Assembly (NCBI GenBank): GCA_964057225.1
Contig: OZ059898.1
Location: 5,332,001 to 5,396,000 of the forward strand
From: Auanema rhodensis
Taxonomy: Eukaryota; Animalia; Nematoda
Length of the DNA stretch: 64,000 nt
Reading direction: 5' to 3'
The notes under the pieces are model-generated. The model searched no databases, was not told the DNA's origin, and was given only the letters and a program-made list of their open reading frames with translations. Below are positions 13,359 to 26,558 of this stretch, in pieces (within the stretch, counting starts at the first letter, position 1; each line of letters opens with the position of its first letter). The translations under genes and the position numbers were made by a program.

Positions 13359-16300
13359 ATGTACACTCCGACTAAGACTGAGGATGAGCAGTACGCCGAA
13401 TATGAACTTTCGGATATTGAGATCCAGCAGTTGAAGGTACGTTCTCTTTAAGTGTGAATATGTATTTTTTCGAATTCATTTGGCCAAGAAAAGGATTAAA
13501 AGTTACAAATCATTGAGATACATTCCGAAACTTTCTGTTATCAGAACTTCCTTTATCTTTCTAGGTTCTTCCTGGAGCTATGAAACAAATTTGAATGAAA
13601 TAAGAGCTTAAATGTGAAAATCTCAATTTTTTGATAATTTCTTGTTAAAAGTATGGAGCACTTTTTTCAATTATTTATTACGCTTAGTTTACTCTGACTA
13701 GATATGTTATTTAGTTCAGTTCCGATTTTTGTATAGTTTAAAAATGAAATTTTAAAATTGAAAAACGAGGAAGACCTAACTACTCATGAGTGCGAAGTTT
13801 CAAATACTTAGCTTAGTTTATCTATGAGCACTACATGTTTCTGCTACATGTTATTTCGAGTTTCATTGAGAATCTTTTCCGATGGTCATGTGTTTTTGTT
13901 TTTGATTAGAGTAGAATGATGAAATGTACACAGATTCAAGGATATGCTCTCTAAATCTAAATTTTTTGAAAGTTATGGAAATGGAGGGATCTGAACAAAA
14001 TTGGAAACATAAGTTATTTTCCCAATTATACGAGGATTTTTGTTGTTTTTCTTGTATATTCTTCCACTTTTTGTGAAATTCAAGCAGTGAAATTTTAAGT
14101 TTCATGTGAAGACACTTTGAGAGCATAATTTGAAGTTGTTCAAAAAAGCCATAAATTAGTACTCCTCTTACCTATGCTTAAAATGATATTATGGTGAATG
14201 TATCTGAAAACAAGTTGAGATGAAATCCCCAGAGAAACAACAGTCTCGTTGTCGTAGATAATTGGAAATATTAGGTTTACTCTCTCACTGCTTCTTTAGA
14301 TTCATGATTTAACGAGTTCCATGTAAGAAATTCATTGCTTTTAACAAAAACAAAATACCAACAACCTTGGATTCTTTGGATGTCCTATAGTTAGTTTGCA
14401 AAAATATGAAGAGATTTTTTGTTATATATTCTTCACTTAATTTTGTTACCAATCACAATGAATTCAGATTAGCTGTCTTTAAAATTAATTCCTGAAATTG
14501 AGCACCTGTTGTGGCTTCCCTGTCATGAAAATCATGGGAATATTTTGAAGCAAGCATAAAATCAAGTCTTTAGTATGATGTATTGATACGTGAATGTGAA
14601 GACATCTTGACAGGTTTACTTGTAATAGTTGTCAGGGTAATGTCGTTTGTCGTAAGTTTTCGGAAGTATTATTAAGCTTCTTGTTGTTTGGATTCTTCTC
14701 TTTTATTTATTTCTCATATTCGCTGTTTTAAAACATCATACTAGCAAAATGACAAAAAACTTTTCCCGCTAACCAGCTAATTCTCGAAGATTTTTTCTTT
14801 CCCTATCATCCTCCTTTATTATTTACAAAAATGAGCTTGAGTACAGCAGGTTAAGCACTGAACCATGAAGAGGATTGAAAAGAAGAATAAGCTGCTTGCA
14901 AATATTAAAATATTAACTAATTCTTTCCGTCAAAAAATGAAATCTGGAATACATTTATAATCATGTGTGACTTTCAGTATTAATACATTAGCAAATAAAT
15001 CAAATATTCTTTTCAGGAGCACAATCAAAAACGAGTTAAGCGTGTAGTGGCGATTGTTGCAATCTTACTAACTATCATATCTCTGGGCTTAGTAGCATTT
15101 TCGCTGGCACTAGGCAAAAAAATCGACTTGATGGGTAAGTATTTAGGTTTTTGATTCATTATTCTAGTAATGAGTATATAGAGGAAATCGTTATTTTTAT
15201 AAAAACCAAGATTATTAATAGAGAGTACAGATAACTGCTCTTGAATACACATTTAATATGTACTAGTACTTTCGACACATCCCCAAAAACTTTTAAAAGA
15301 GAGGAGAAAACAAATAGTGTTATTACTAATGCCATGGAAATGTTAAGCTATTTCTTCTTTCCTCTTGAAGTTCTAACAAATGAAAGTGTATATGTAAATG
15401 CCAAAATCGGAGCAATGTTATTTTGGCGTATCTACATCGATTGTGGAACAAAATAGAGAAGCGGGAACGGGCTGGTGATACATCAGACTTTCGACAGCAC
15501 TTCATATTCAAATGCTGCTGACACAAGGTATTTCGAAAAATGCAGAAGTGTTAAGATTCAAAAAATGATAGCAGTCTCTTGTGGACATTTCATAATTCTT
15601 AATATGAAGAATACTGCAATAACTTTAAAATATGAGGTTGCCTGATTGATTGTACGATTACATATTACAATAATTTCCAATATTCTATTTCATGTGTTAC
15701 ACGTTCATAATATACATATCGCTCTTTTGTGTCGATTATATATATCTATATATTGTGCTCGTTTAAATGTTAATATAAAGAAATATTAATAATATTACAT
15801 CTAAATTTACATTTTTTTCATTATTTAAGCAGCGAATAAGGAAATCGCCACTCTTTGTCATTAGAGTCTGCTAGCTAAAGCTTTGAATAAATGTTTCTCA
15901 GTCATCATAGTTGAGGGACTTCCAATAGATTTTATATCTTTCTTGCCATACTTCATAAGCTTTTCTTTGATCGCTATGAATGTATATGTATGTATTGTTT
16001 TTGGAAAACCTTACATACATATGTATGTATATGTATATCGATATCAATATCTAATCTTAAAAAATGAGGCAGAAAACTCAATGCTGCTATATACAATGAT
16101 AAGCTCTGTAATAACATTCAGTTATTGCATTTTCATATTAGCAATACCTTTATAATAAAATGTGGAAAGTTGTTTCTCACATTTTGAAGAAAACCTTTAA
16201 TGATGATCTCGTGTTATTTAAGAATCAAGCTTACTGGCTTTTCAAATTCATGTAGCATAAGTTTTTCTATGACGGAAGAAAAATTAATGTAAATTTTTTG

Positions 16301-17984
16301 TTTCAAAATTAGTTCTCTAATAAGATTATTTGGGTTTTTTTATCATTGAAAAAAACATTATAACTCGCATGTGATCAGTCATTGAAATGGGAAATCATTA
16401 TACATATTTGGCTTAATATAATAATCTCATCATCAATTTTTTTTCATTCATATGCATCTTCAATTGCTTAATGAGTAATAGAGATATGAGGTGTATTGAG
16501 AGTAACATCTACATTTTTTGACAAGAATGCCAAAAACTTAGCTTAGCCCGAGCCATTAATTTTATTATAATCTAAGGCTTTTAATTTTCAAGCTATATTG
16601 AATAATTTACTTTCTAGGCATAAATATTCACATAATTTATATTAAGATTTTAAAAAATAGAATGATCTTAAGCAATTTACAAAATCTGATCACGCGATTG
16701 GTATTTCAACATTTAGCTATTATATATTCCATAACGTTTAATTTGCTTCCTCTTTGTAGCATTGCATACTTTTTCTAATATGAAAAAATTACAAAATAAT
16801 ATTTGTTGTAGTAAATTATGAGATTATAAGTAGAATATATAGTTTTGAATCTCTGCCAATTCTTTTTGAGCTTGTGGGAAAAATAATAAAAAAAATGTTA
16901 TCTTTCAAAACTGTTATCAGTTTTCTCATAATAGAAAAAAAACAAGAAAAAGATAGAAAGACCATGAGAAAATGTTCATATTTTTGATAGGCTTCCAGTT
17001 AATGCCGTCATAGGCATATAGATAACTAGGAAAGGCTGTCAGAAATCAAGTCGCACGCGATGTAAGAAAGGGGATAGGTCTTACATTCTACAGATCTTTC
17101 TTTATGCAATATTACATGCAAATCTAAAGTCAACATGATAGCATTCAGTATAGGCATTTAAGGTTGGCAATAAATCATTTTTGAATGAATAAGTACATTT
17201 TCTTAATAATATTATTACATTTCGATGTTGTTATGGAACCGATTAAATAGTTTTAAATGATTTGATATGAAAGTTAGTTTTTAGTTAATCACTTTTCTAT
17301 ATTAATCAAATGTACTTTGATCGGTTAGTTTAATGATCTTGGGTGATTTGCAATTTTTCTCCTATAATTTTTGTTTTTCTTGAATATTATTTCACGACAC
17401 ATATCAGTTCGTTCAACATCTAATGAATGACATAACACAACTTTAAATTCAGGTCTCAACAAATAGAAAACCCGGTGAAGTTTCTAATAATAGAACCATG
17501 AATAACTTATCAAACTCTATTTTATATTCTATTGAGCCTAGTTCTTTCGGGTTTTCGCCATTTTCATTATTGCTTTTTCAACAGTCATTTCCGGAATCTT
17601 CAAGACGGAAGTAGCACCTCTTACTTTACGAACTTTAAATTTTTTTATTCAAAAATGTTTAGACTAACAGAAAGAATCAGAGGGGTGAATGAAAATGAAT
17701 TCGAAAAATATTGAAAAAATTTCACCTAATTTATATATGAGCTATTACATAAAGTAATATATCGTTTTTATACTAAGTTAATAATGAAAATAAAAAGTGA
17801 TGTAAATTAGAAACAACTTAAATAGATCAAGTTTTAAAGTTTAGTCAAGTGATAACTCTTCAATTTATTTAGCTTTTGAAATTGTTTTTACTTCTCACTA
17901 TTTTCAGTGGAGGAATCTATGCGTAGGAATGCTGAAGAAGAATATAGGAGAACGGGAATCAACATAACGGAAAATCACAGATAA
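13359..17984 (+). CDS. Small (90 aa) single-pass membrane protein; exons 13359-13436, 15017-15134, 17908-17984
   Basis: Phase-compatible exons with consensus sites (AAG|GTACGT, TTTTCAG, G|GTAAGT, TTTTCAG) give MYTPTKTEDEQYAEYELSDIEIQQLKEHNQKRVKRVVAIVAILLTIISLGLVAFSLALGKKIDLMVEESMRRNAEEEYRRTGINITENHR*. Confidence 0.72.
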
Positions 17985-19220
17985 AATCTGCCTAAAGCGA
18001 TCGCACATAAAACGATACAATACAGTTCGGGTACCTTCAATAATGAAAATGTTGCTCAAGTCGTTCCTATGAACATCAACTTATTTTAAATAATTTTTAC
18101 GTGAAATTAAATACATTAATAATAAAATAATTTTTTATTTACATATAATATTAAAACAAACTCCAAATGAGCAATATAATCCAGGTATACTCGACATTTT
18201 TCTCGTACTAATGCATCCTAGTAGCATTTTAAATAGATACACATTGAATGTACATTCAAAAGTAAAAAAAAGTTCTGAACACAACGATCTACCTCTTTGG
18301 ATGAACAAACCACAAGGGAGAGAAGACCAATTTGCAACCATACAAAAAATAATATCGGAAAAGTTGTTAGTTGCTACGACATTAATATTTCGCAGGCGTT
18401 TCAAAATTTTAAACTTTTCTTTTCTCGAACATTCTACAAGTGCTGCAACTAAACAACATAAAAGCGTCTATGCTACAACTAACCCCGTAAGACATTATTA
18501 AAGATATAGCTAAAAATTGGCATGAAATGAAAAATGACATGTCGACACGGGACGGGTAACGAGAAGACGGATCACAGACAGGGAGGCAAAAGTGAAGAGA
18601 ATAGAAACATAGCACTAAGGAGCAAGATCTCAGAATATGTCTATACGTCTGAAAAGACACCGGTGGATGCGACGCAACCCGCTGAAGTCCGGGAGAGGGG
18701 AGAGATTAAAAGGGGAAGGGGTGAGATGTACAAATAATATTCTAGGGACGAGGCTAGAGAAACCGTTTTAATTAGTTAATTTAGTATACTAAACACAACT
18801 ATAATAAACTATATACAGGACGGTTTGATCAATATAGATTATGAGTGAAAGATTTGTAGACACGACTTAAAAGCTAAATTATTAACCCAACCTCGATTAT
18901 CAAATGAGGACATCGACGAAACACTTTTTGTCAACAACCAAGAAATAGCTGAGCGGAAAGAATTTTGGAAAATTGATTTACATTTAAAATAGGTATATTT
19001 CAAAATAAAGACTGTTAAGAGAATAAAATAAAGGTGGAAGTACGTCCTTGGGGACGGCAAATATTAATTTCGGAAGCCACTTACAACACCGAGTACACAG
19101 GCCTGGTGCCCACTCCGGAACCAGCCGGATCGCTACCGAGAAGCCTAATATAGAGGAAAGGGTAATCCCGGACCAAGAGGGTATAAAGCTGATATGCAAA
19201 CGCCTTCAAGAAGGATATTC

Positions 19221-22200
19221 TCAACCTTTTACAGCCGGCGTGGTGGTTAAACCATTTCGGAAGCCATTGATAATAGTATCGGATCGATGGCGGCCCTCCG
19301 CCGAATTCGAAGATGACGTAGTGCCAGTAGAGTTAGTAGTCCCATTAGATATGTTGCTAACAGAACAATTAGAAGCCTTGCTATTCGTAGCTGTACTGTC
19401 TGAGCTACTAGAAATTTCATCTACGAGTTGATCTGTCGATTCCTCTGTTCTCGTAGCCCTCTTCATTTCGGCGTAACAAGTTTTACATGCTCGTTGTTTA
19501 GAACCATTGCCGTCCTGAACTTTATGATATCGATGAGGAGAACATGATTCACAAACAGTCTTTCCACAGGATCTTAACAGTCAATAATGAATAAAATAGT
19601 TATGTTATTAATTTGTACCCGCAATGGTGTGCTCTAAGTTCAGAAATGTTATATCTTGAGAGTGCCTTCAGGCACAGCTCACAGCGATCAGTTTCCATTG
19701 AATAACTACTAGCTGGAGGTGGTGGGGCATCTGCAGCTTCAATCTAAATAAATACTTTATACTGTTGAAATAGTTTGTATCGTACTATTGAAATATCCGA
19801 ATGGGCATGAGACAGTCCATGATCTGATTCTTCACTAGTTGAATACTGAACAAGGCATAAATTACAGAGAAAATACTTTTTAGATCATACCACTCGACCA
19901 CAGCTCATCCTTTTGCTTTCTGCTCTTTCGGATGCACATCTCTGCCTGCTATTATATTCCGAAAAGGGACGTGAAGCAATCACATCTTTTAACTGTTGTT
20001 CCTGTGCATCACATTTCTTCTGAACTTCCATAATCTCAGCTTTGTGCTCTTTGTCCTTTTCTAGCACTCGTATTTGAATTTTATCAAAAAAACGAACAAG
20101 TCCATCGTGATCTATGATTTCTTTGATTTTATTGGGATCTTTTTCTCTCTGAGAACGATGACGTGATCCTTGTTGCCGAACTGGAACAGCGGACTCTGAC
20201 TGAAAAAGAAAGACATTCCAGATATCAAGAATAAAAACCAACAATAACGCTGCTGTCTAAAGCATGCTCTCCAATCCCATTCATAATACTGTTCGAATCA
20301 GCATGAAATCCTCCTACTCCACACCTATAAATATATATATATATATAAAAGTAATATTTTTCTTTTCGAAACATACATTGTATTTTGTTCCATGGAATTA
20401 ACACTTTCGGAACTTTTGCTCTTATGCATACTGATAGTATCTTTAGGTGATGATGATATTAAATCTTGTCGGGCTGGTGATACAATAGGAGTGTTTTCCG
20501 ATTGAGCATTAAAATCAGTATTACAATAACACGTTTTCCAGACTTTGATCCGATCAATTTGGAAATCCAAATCAAGAGGTGCATCCTGATCTTGCTTGTA
20601 TAAATGATTCACAACCTGTATCTATTATATTATACCTATATCATGATTACATGAACTTACGCTTTCATTATGTGGGCCTAAGAACTGCCAAATTGATACT
20701 GATTCCTTGTTCATATTACTGGAATCTTTAACCGAGTTGAAAAGGAAGTTACCGAATAGGCCCGAATAAGAATGTTGAGCTAATTTTAACTAAAATGGTG
20801 TTGTACGTTAAGTCAACTTTGAAACAACTACCAGAAAGTTTTCGTTAAATTCAAATGAAGTTGCATTGGCTGAAAACAACTGCCAAACTGCATCAATCCA
20901 TTGAAGAAAAATTGGGGATCTCTCGTTAGCATCATTTCCAGATACCCCATTTCTATCAGAAAATTTGTGTCCAAACTCTATCCACTCACGAGTAATTAAT
21001 TCGCAGAAACCCTGAATGTATCCAACAGTGGAAAGAAAAGGGAAACACTATATGATCAACAACACCAATAGCGGTAGATGCAGTTGCTTGGTCGATAACA
21101 TGCAGTCAACAACATTTCCCGGATAAGCATTGTGAGAAAAAAAGTTGGTGACAACACAAAGGACAGATACTACGACCAAGCATTGGAATACTGCTATCGC
21201 CAACACGTACTGATAAGAATAATGTTAACTACAAACCTTGATTGTTCTGTAATGGTCATCAACCATTAACTTAGCCAAAGAAACTATTTGACTTGTTCTA
21301 TCCCAACCATCAGAGCAATGAACAAGAACAGAGTTACCTTTTTTAAAAAAATGAATTATAGTTTCTCGATGATCCTTACCATTCTGTAAAACATCAGCGC
21401 ACTGGCGGGCTGCTAAAAGCAGTGCCCTTGTATACTGAAGCCAGTTGGTAGTTTGGAGATTCTGAAAAAGCTACGTGAGACCCATGAGATGACGGTTTGC
21501 GAAAACAACGGGGTAAAACTCGTTTAGAGTGAGGAAGAGGACAAGCCGGCTCTATCATAGAATTGAGTGAAACGGACAAAAAGGGTAAAATAGTCATAAA
21601 TTCGTAAGCGGAAAAAACTTTATATAACAAAAAAGGTTAACGCACCTGGTAATAGTTACTGGGATCTGAACTACCAGGAGTCGAGTACAGGTTTCGTAAC
21701 TGAACAAAAGCATATCGAACATGATGAATATTAGGTAATCCTAGGAAAATAGTTTCTGTCCCGGAATAATAGTCTAAAAAGCAGAGAATGAAAAAAAAGA
21801 AAACGAAAAGTGAACCATTTATTTCGTAACCTCCACCCTTAGCCCTGTTGGCAAAGGCAGCGGCATATGAACGGGCATCCATAATGACTGTGTGAGGAGC
21901 TCTATCGCTGTCTGAAAATTTTAAAATTACTCGATAAACAAAAAAAAAACATACGATAGTTTGCCATATACTCATTAATTAGTTTAAGATATTTCTCATC
22001 TTTGTTATTACGCCATGAAAGAATTCCTGCTCGTGGTTGACTACTACGTAATAATACAGCTTTCTATAATGAAATGAAAGTAAATACAAAAAATATGAAG
22101 TAAAAATTACAGTTTCCTTGCTCTTCCACACAACAACTGGAAACCGCCTTAAGAAACGGAAATCAGCAGCGCTTTTGATTTCTTCTTCATTTATGTTTTT

Positions 22201-23975
22201 GAGGAGAATCAATCGTCTTGGATAAGTCTCGGCCAATCTAAAAATTTATAAATTATTAGTGCACAAACAATGAACATTTTTACTCGAAATTCTTGTTAAT
22301 ATCACTGATCACGAAATGATCTGGGTCATAATCGAGCCTATTCCATTCTGATTGACACAGATCTGCATCTATGCCATCTTCCTCCACCAACCAATCGTAC
22401 TTTTGACTTTTGCACTGAAACCATTAGAATGATTATTATTATTATAGTAAAATTATAATTACAGCTGCTGCAAATGACCAGGCAAACGCATCATCGGTTT
22501 TCGAACGATTTGAACACTTCAATAATTTACGGTGCCATGTGACAGCCAACTCATAACTAGGAGCAGTAACTCTAAATATTCACAACAAAACCAATAATAA
22601 CAGTTCGGCTTAATTTAGCTAACCTATAAACTCTTCCATCTTTGCAAACGATAATAATGTTCGTTAAATCTCTCAAATCCAAACATTCAATATCCATCAG
22701 TGGAATTACAGCAACTGATTGTTCAGCTTTAGAAAAAATGCAGAGCTAAAATATAAACTTGAAAATGATCAGAAAGAAAAAAACATACACGATAATTAGT
22801 CTGAACCAGTTGACATCCTACAAATGCTGCAACATCTTGTAGGGATTCACCAGGAAGCCAACCAATTGGAGGAGGTGGTTCATTATTGACTGATGATGCA
22901 TCAGTTTCATTTATAATGCTATTCTCAGACTAAAAAAAATATTTTAAAAAACTATCAGGTATTATGAAATGAAATGAATTGCAATAGAAACTGGATTTTC
23001 AACTATCATGGGATGGTTACAAACAAAATAACAAAAAATTAAAGCCAATAAAAATAAGAACATTAATATAATCCTCTTGAATGGAAGAATACGAAATCAA
23101 AGAGAAATGAGTTACGTCTCGAAGAAGTGTCTTCGCTATAGGCTGGCAATATTAAAGCAAACAAAAGCTTTTTCACTTTGCAGAAGCTACAGCCACTCGA
23201 ACGAAAGCATGCCGGTAGTCAATCATGCCAGAAATTTTAAATAACGCTAATAAAAACGATCAAGCTCAGCTAGAATTAGGATTTGTAAGTTTTTTTTTCA
23301 ATATTTTATGAAATATACTTAAAATCCCGAGTGGAAAGTGGGGGGGGGGGCAAAATTCAAGAGCTTAATAACAAAACCCTTCAATAAGAGTGGTGCATTC
23401 GCTATCAAACAGAATACAATAGAAAAATAAAATTGAAATTCCTTATCATGCCCGGAAATGATATATTTTAAAAAATAGAGCATATGATTGGCAAGCAATC
23501 AAAAGAATATACAATAGAACGAAATAAGAACATATGATAACCATTAGCTATTATTATTTAACGAAATTAATTACTTTTCGTGACTTTTCGAATTTTGAAT
23601 AACAATAAAAAAAAGAGATAGAAAATAAAAGTTGTGAACGAAAAGACAAAATGTTGTCAACATCGCGTAAATATGAACATTGAAAGTTAGTCAGGCTGGC
23701 ACAAAGCCATGACTCAAACTATAGAAAAAATAGCTTAAGATTAAGCAAAATAAAACAAAAATGAATATGCATAGAAAAATAAAAACAAAAAAAACATACT
23801 TTTCCTTGAATATCCATTGGATTCTTCTCTATTTCTACAAATGAATTTTGGAAAGGGGAACCTTAAAATATTCCTCAGTATTACAATATAACCCAGTTAA
23901 CATACCAGGGAAATCATCTAAACTAGAGTTCGGACCACCGCAAATATCCATTGCCTGCGAGGTGACTCTCGCCAT
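19221..23975 (-). CDS. mtm-3: Myotubularin-related phosphoinositide 3-phosphatase with C-terminal FYVE domain (MTMR3/4-like)
   Basis: PH-GRAM start WLPGE..TNYR, DARSYAAAFANRAKGGGYE, catalytic HCSDGWDRTSQ, EWIEFGHKF, SPIFLQWIDAVWQL, FYVE motif RAHHCG..CGKTVCESC. Alternative 3' exons may extend to 18641 (see findings). Confidence 0.92.
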
Positions 23976-26558
23976 CTGAAAAAAAAAAACTCTACGAAGG
24001 AAGCAATAGAAAAAACATAATGTTTACAGGGAAAAAATAGAAATCTATAAATTGCAAAACCTTGATAATTATGGAATAGAGTGGAAATTAATTTGAAATA
24101 TAAAATTTTTAAAATTTGGGAAAAAATAAATAAAACATACGCTAACACAGCTAAGGTGGCTTGAAGAGCCAAACTTTGATAATTCAAACGACTGTTATTG
24201 TAGTATTCAATTAATCCAAGTCAGCTGGAGTTCACCAATTGCCAAGGACAAATACCGGAGTTTGAGAGGAAAAAAAAGAAGCAATATAAAGCTTAGAACT
24301 CGACTTCTTGATCAATCTAAATTAATGCAATCAAAATAGTAAAAAAGCTACATTACATAATATAATAAATCGATATAATAAACGAAAAAATATATAAGCA
24401 GGAAAATATTAATAAAATAGGAAGTACTACTAAGAAAACAGAATAATTCGCGCCAGGCTTGGACTGAACTACAATATAAAGAGACGTATTTCGCGGCTAA
24501 AAGTATCAAGACCCGCTGATATGTTCTTACATGTTTACAATTATTTCTAGGAAGGGCTAGAACCCAGATAATGACAGTATCTGATTAAATATATAAAACC
24601 ATAAACAAAATAGTTACGTAATGGGTAAATCAGCTGGTGCGAGCGGTTGCGAAGCGCAACGAAGCTCCACCTACTGGTCTGAATCAATACCGCGTCCTAG
24701 AGGGAATGTCTGCGTCTCTCACCAGCTGTTTCTCTACCGCATAGAGAAAGAGAAAGGGAAGACAACGACCCCCACTAATTCTCCATCACAACACATGGAC
24801 ACTACACACATACACACAGACAAAAGTCTAACTAGCACCAAAAGACAGACGCTAAGAGATTGAATAAGAACTGACTAACCACATCGTTTAAACAAAGAGA
24901 AAGCAAGGCTTATACACAGGAAAATATTAGAAAAACATAGTTACGAAAAAGAGGCAAGTGAAATACTGTGACCATATTCAATTCCTAGAAACAATCCAAT
25001 CAGCATAATGAAAGCTATATTCAATACATCTACCAAAAAGCAGAAGCGAAAGGTCGTAAGAGAAATTCTTTGCAGTCACGTGGTTTTCAAGTTGCGATAA
25101 CGAAATGAAGTTAAAAAATCGGTTCGTTAAACATAACCGCAAATTATATATATAATTATAGTATAGCTATAAACTACTAGAGTCGCCATAATTCAATTTT
25201 TAAATTGCATAACCATTGCTCTCTTCGACTGAATATAAAGCGTGCAATTAATGAACAAAAAAACAGCTGTTTTCACAAAACTTATACAAAAACATGTGAC
25301 AGAAACATCAAAATGTTAGCGCTTTTTCTGAAAATTGTTTAGAACTTAATGAGACTTGTAGAGTTACTTTAGTAGTAAACATTACTTCGTTTTAAACATA
25401 ACAACAAAGAATGTATTTTTAAAGTCAAGTCCGGCTGGTGTGGTCTCATTTTTTTGGGCGGCACATAAATATTTCCGGTTCAAGGTAAGCATCATCATTA
25501 TAATCGAATAGTGACCGCAAATTCCTAAGACATAAATAGAAAGCGGGTGAAGTGCTGTGCGCCAGGGATATGTAGAAACGTTTATCATTGAAGCAGTGCA
25601 CGAAAAAATAATAGTTGAAGGTTGAGAAAACATGAACGTCGAAGTGAAGTGTGCAACAAAAAACAACCATGTTAACCAACTTCCTGAACTAACTGAATTC
25701 AAAGCAGCAGTAGGAAAATGCGCGAAAACTACGGAAATAAAAACTAAGTTTAGATCATCTGATATTTTTTCGATTTCATTATAAACTCCTTCATAAAAGT
25801 TTCATGGTCACTTTGAAACAATAGAACAAGGTAAAATAAAAAGACCGACTAAGCAAGGTTGGTGTAATGAATTTTTTGAAATTATAAGCCTATCAAAAAC
25901 AATGAATGTATTACTAGGTCTTCATTATATTAAAAATTAAATATATGATCAGTAAACGATACAATTGTAGTTAAATCTGGCAAAACTATTACAAATATTA
26001 CTTTTCGTAATAATAGAAATAATGAAGTTCTTCTCAGCTCAATGTATCGCGTTGATAACCGAATTTTGGTTTGATAATAATTTGATTTTTATCTATAATA
26101 CTCTACAGTAGTTAAATTCTTCACCGCGTTGGAGAAGAACGTCAGAAATATTAGAATCGTACTAAAATTATTCACAAACTTAATAAAAATATCGGTCATC
26201 GATTGAGAAACATTGAGTTCCGAGAAATTTTATCATAATGGTGTTTTTCACTAAATTTATGCGCATATTAACTAAACTAAAATCAATCGCAATATAAATC
26301 TAAAATAACGCTAATTCGATATTAAAAAAAAATAAGTTAAAGCTGTCCCATCATGACGTTTTAATTTATGTAAACGCACATGAATAGTAGGTAATATCAT
26401 GTTCAAATTCAAAAATTGTACGGTGCAAACTCTGCGCCACTATTGCAATATAAGCTCCGCCTCTATTTTAAAATTTGAGCAATTTTTGTGAACTTCTATT
26501 GATTTTCTCATAAATTCCGCATCGAATATCTTTCATTTCAGGAAATTAGAAAGCCATT

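Noticed and set aside
15975-16045. TACATACATATGTATGTA quasi-palindromes (also near 34520 and 43400)
   Set aside because: Low-complexity AT/AC microsatellite derivatives that self-pair trivially.
23340-23350. Poly-G tract as a G-quadruplex/instability site
   Set aside because: Only 11 G, too short for a stable intramolecular G4 of the deletion-prone type.
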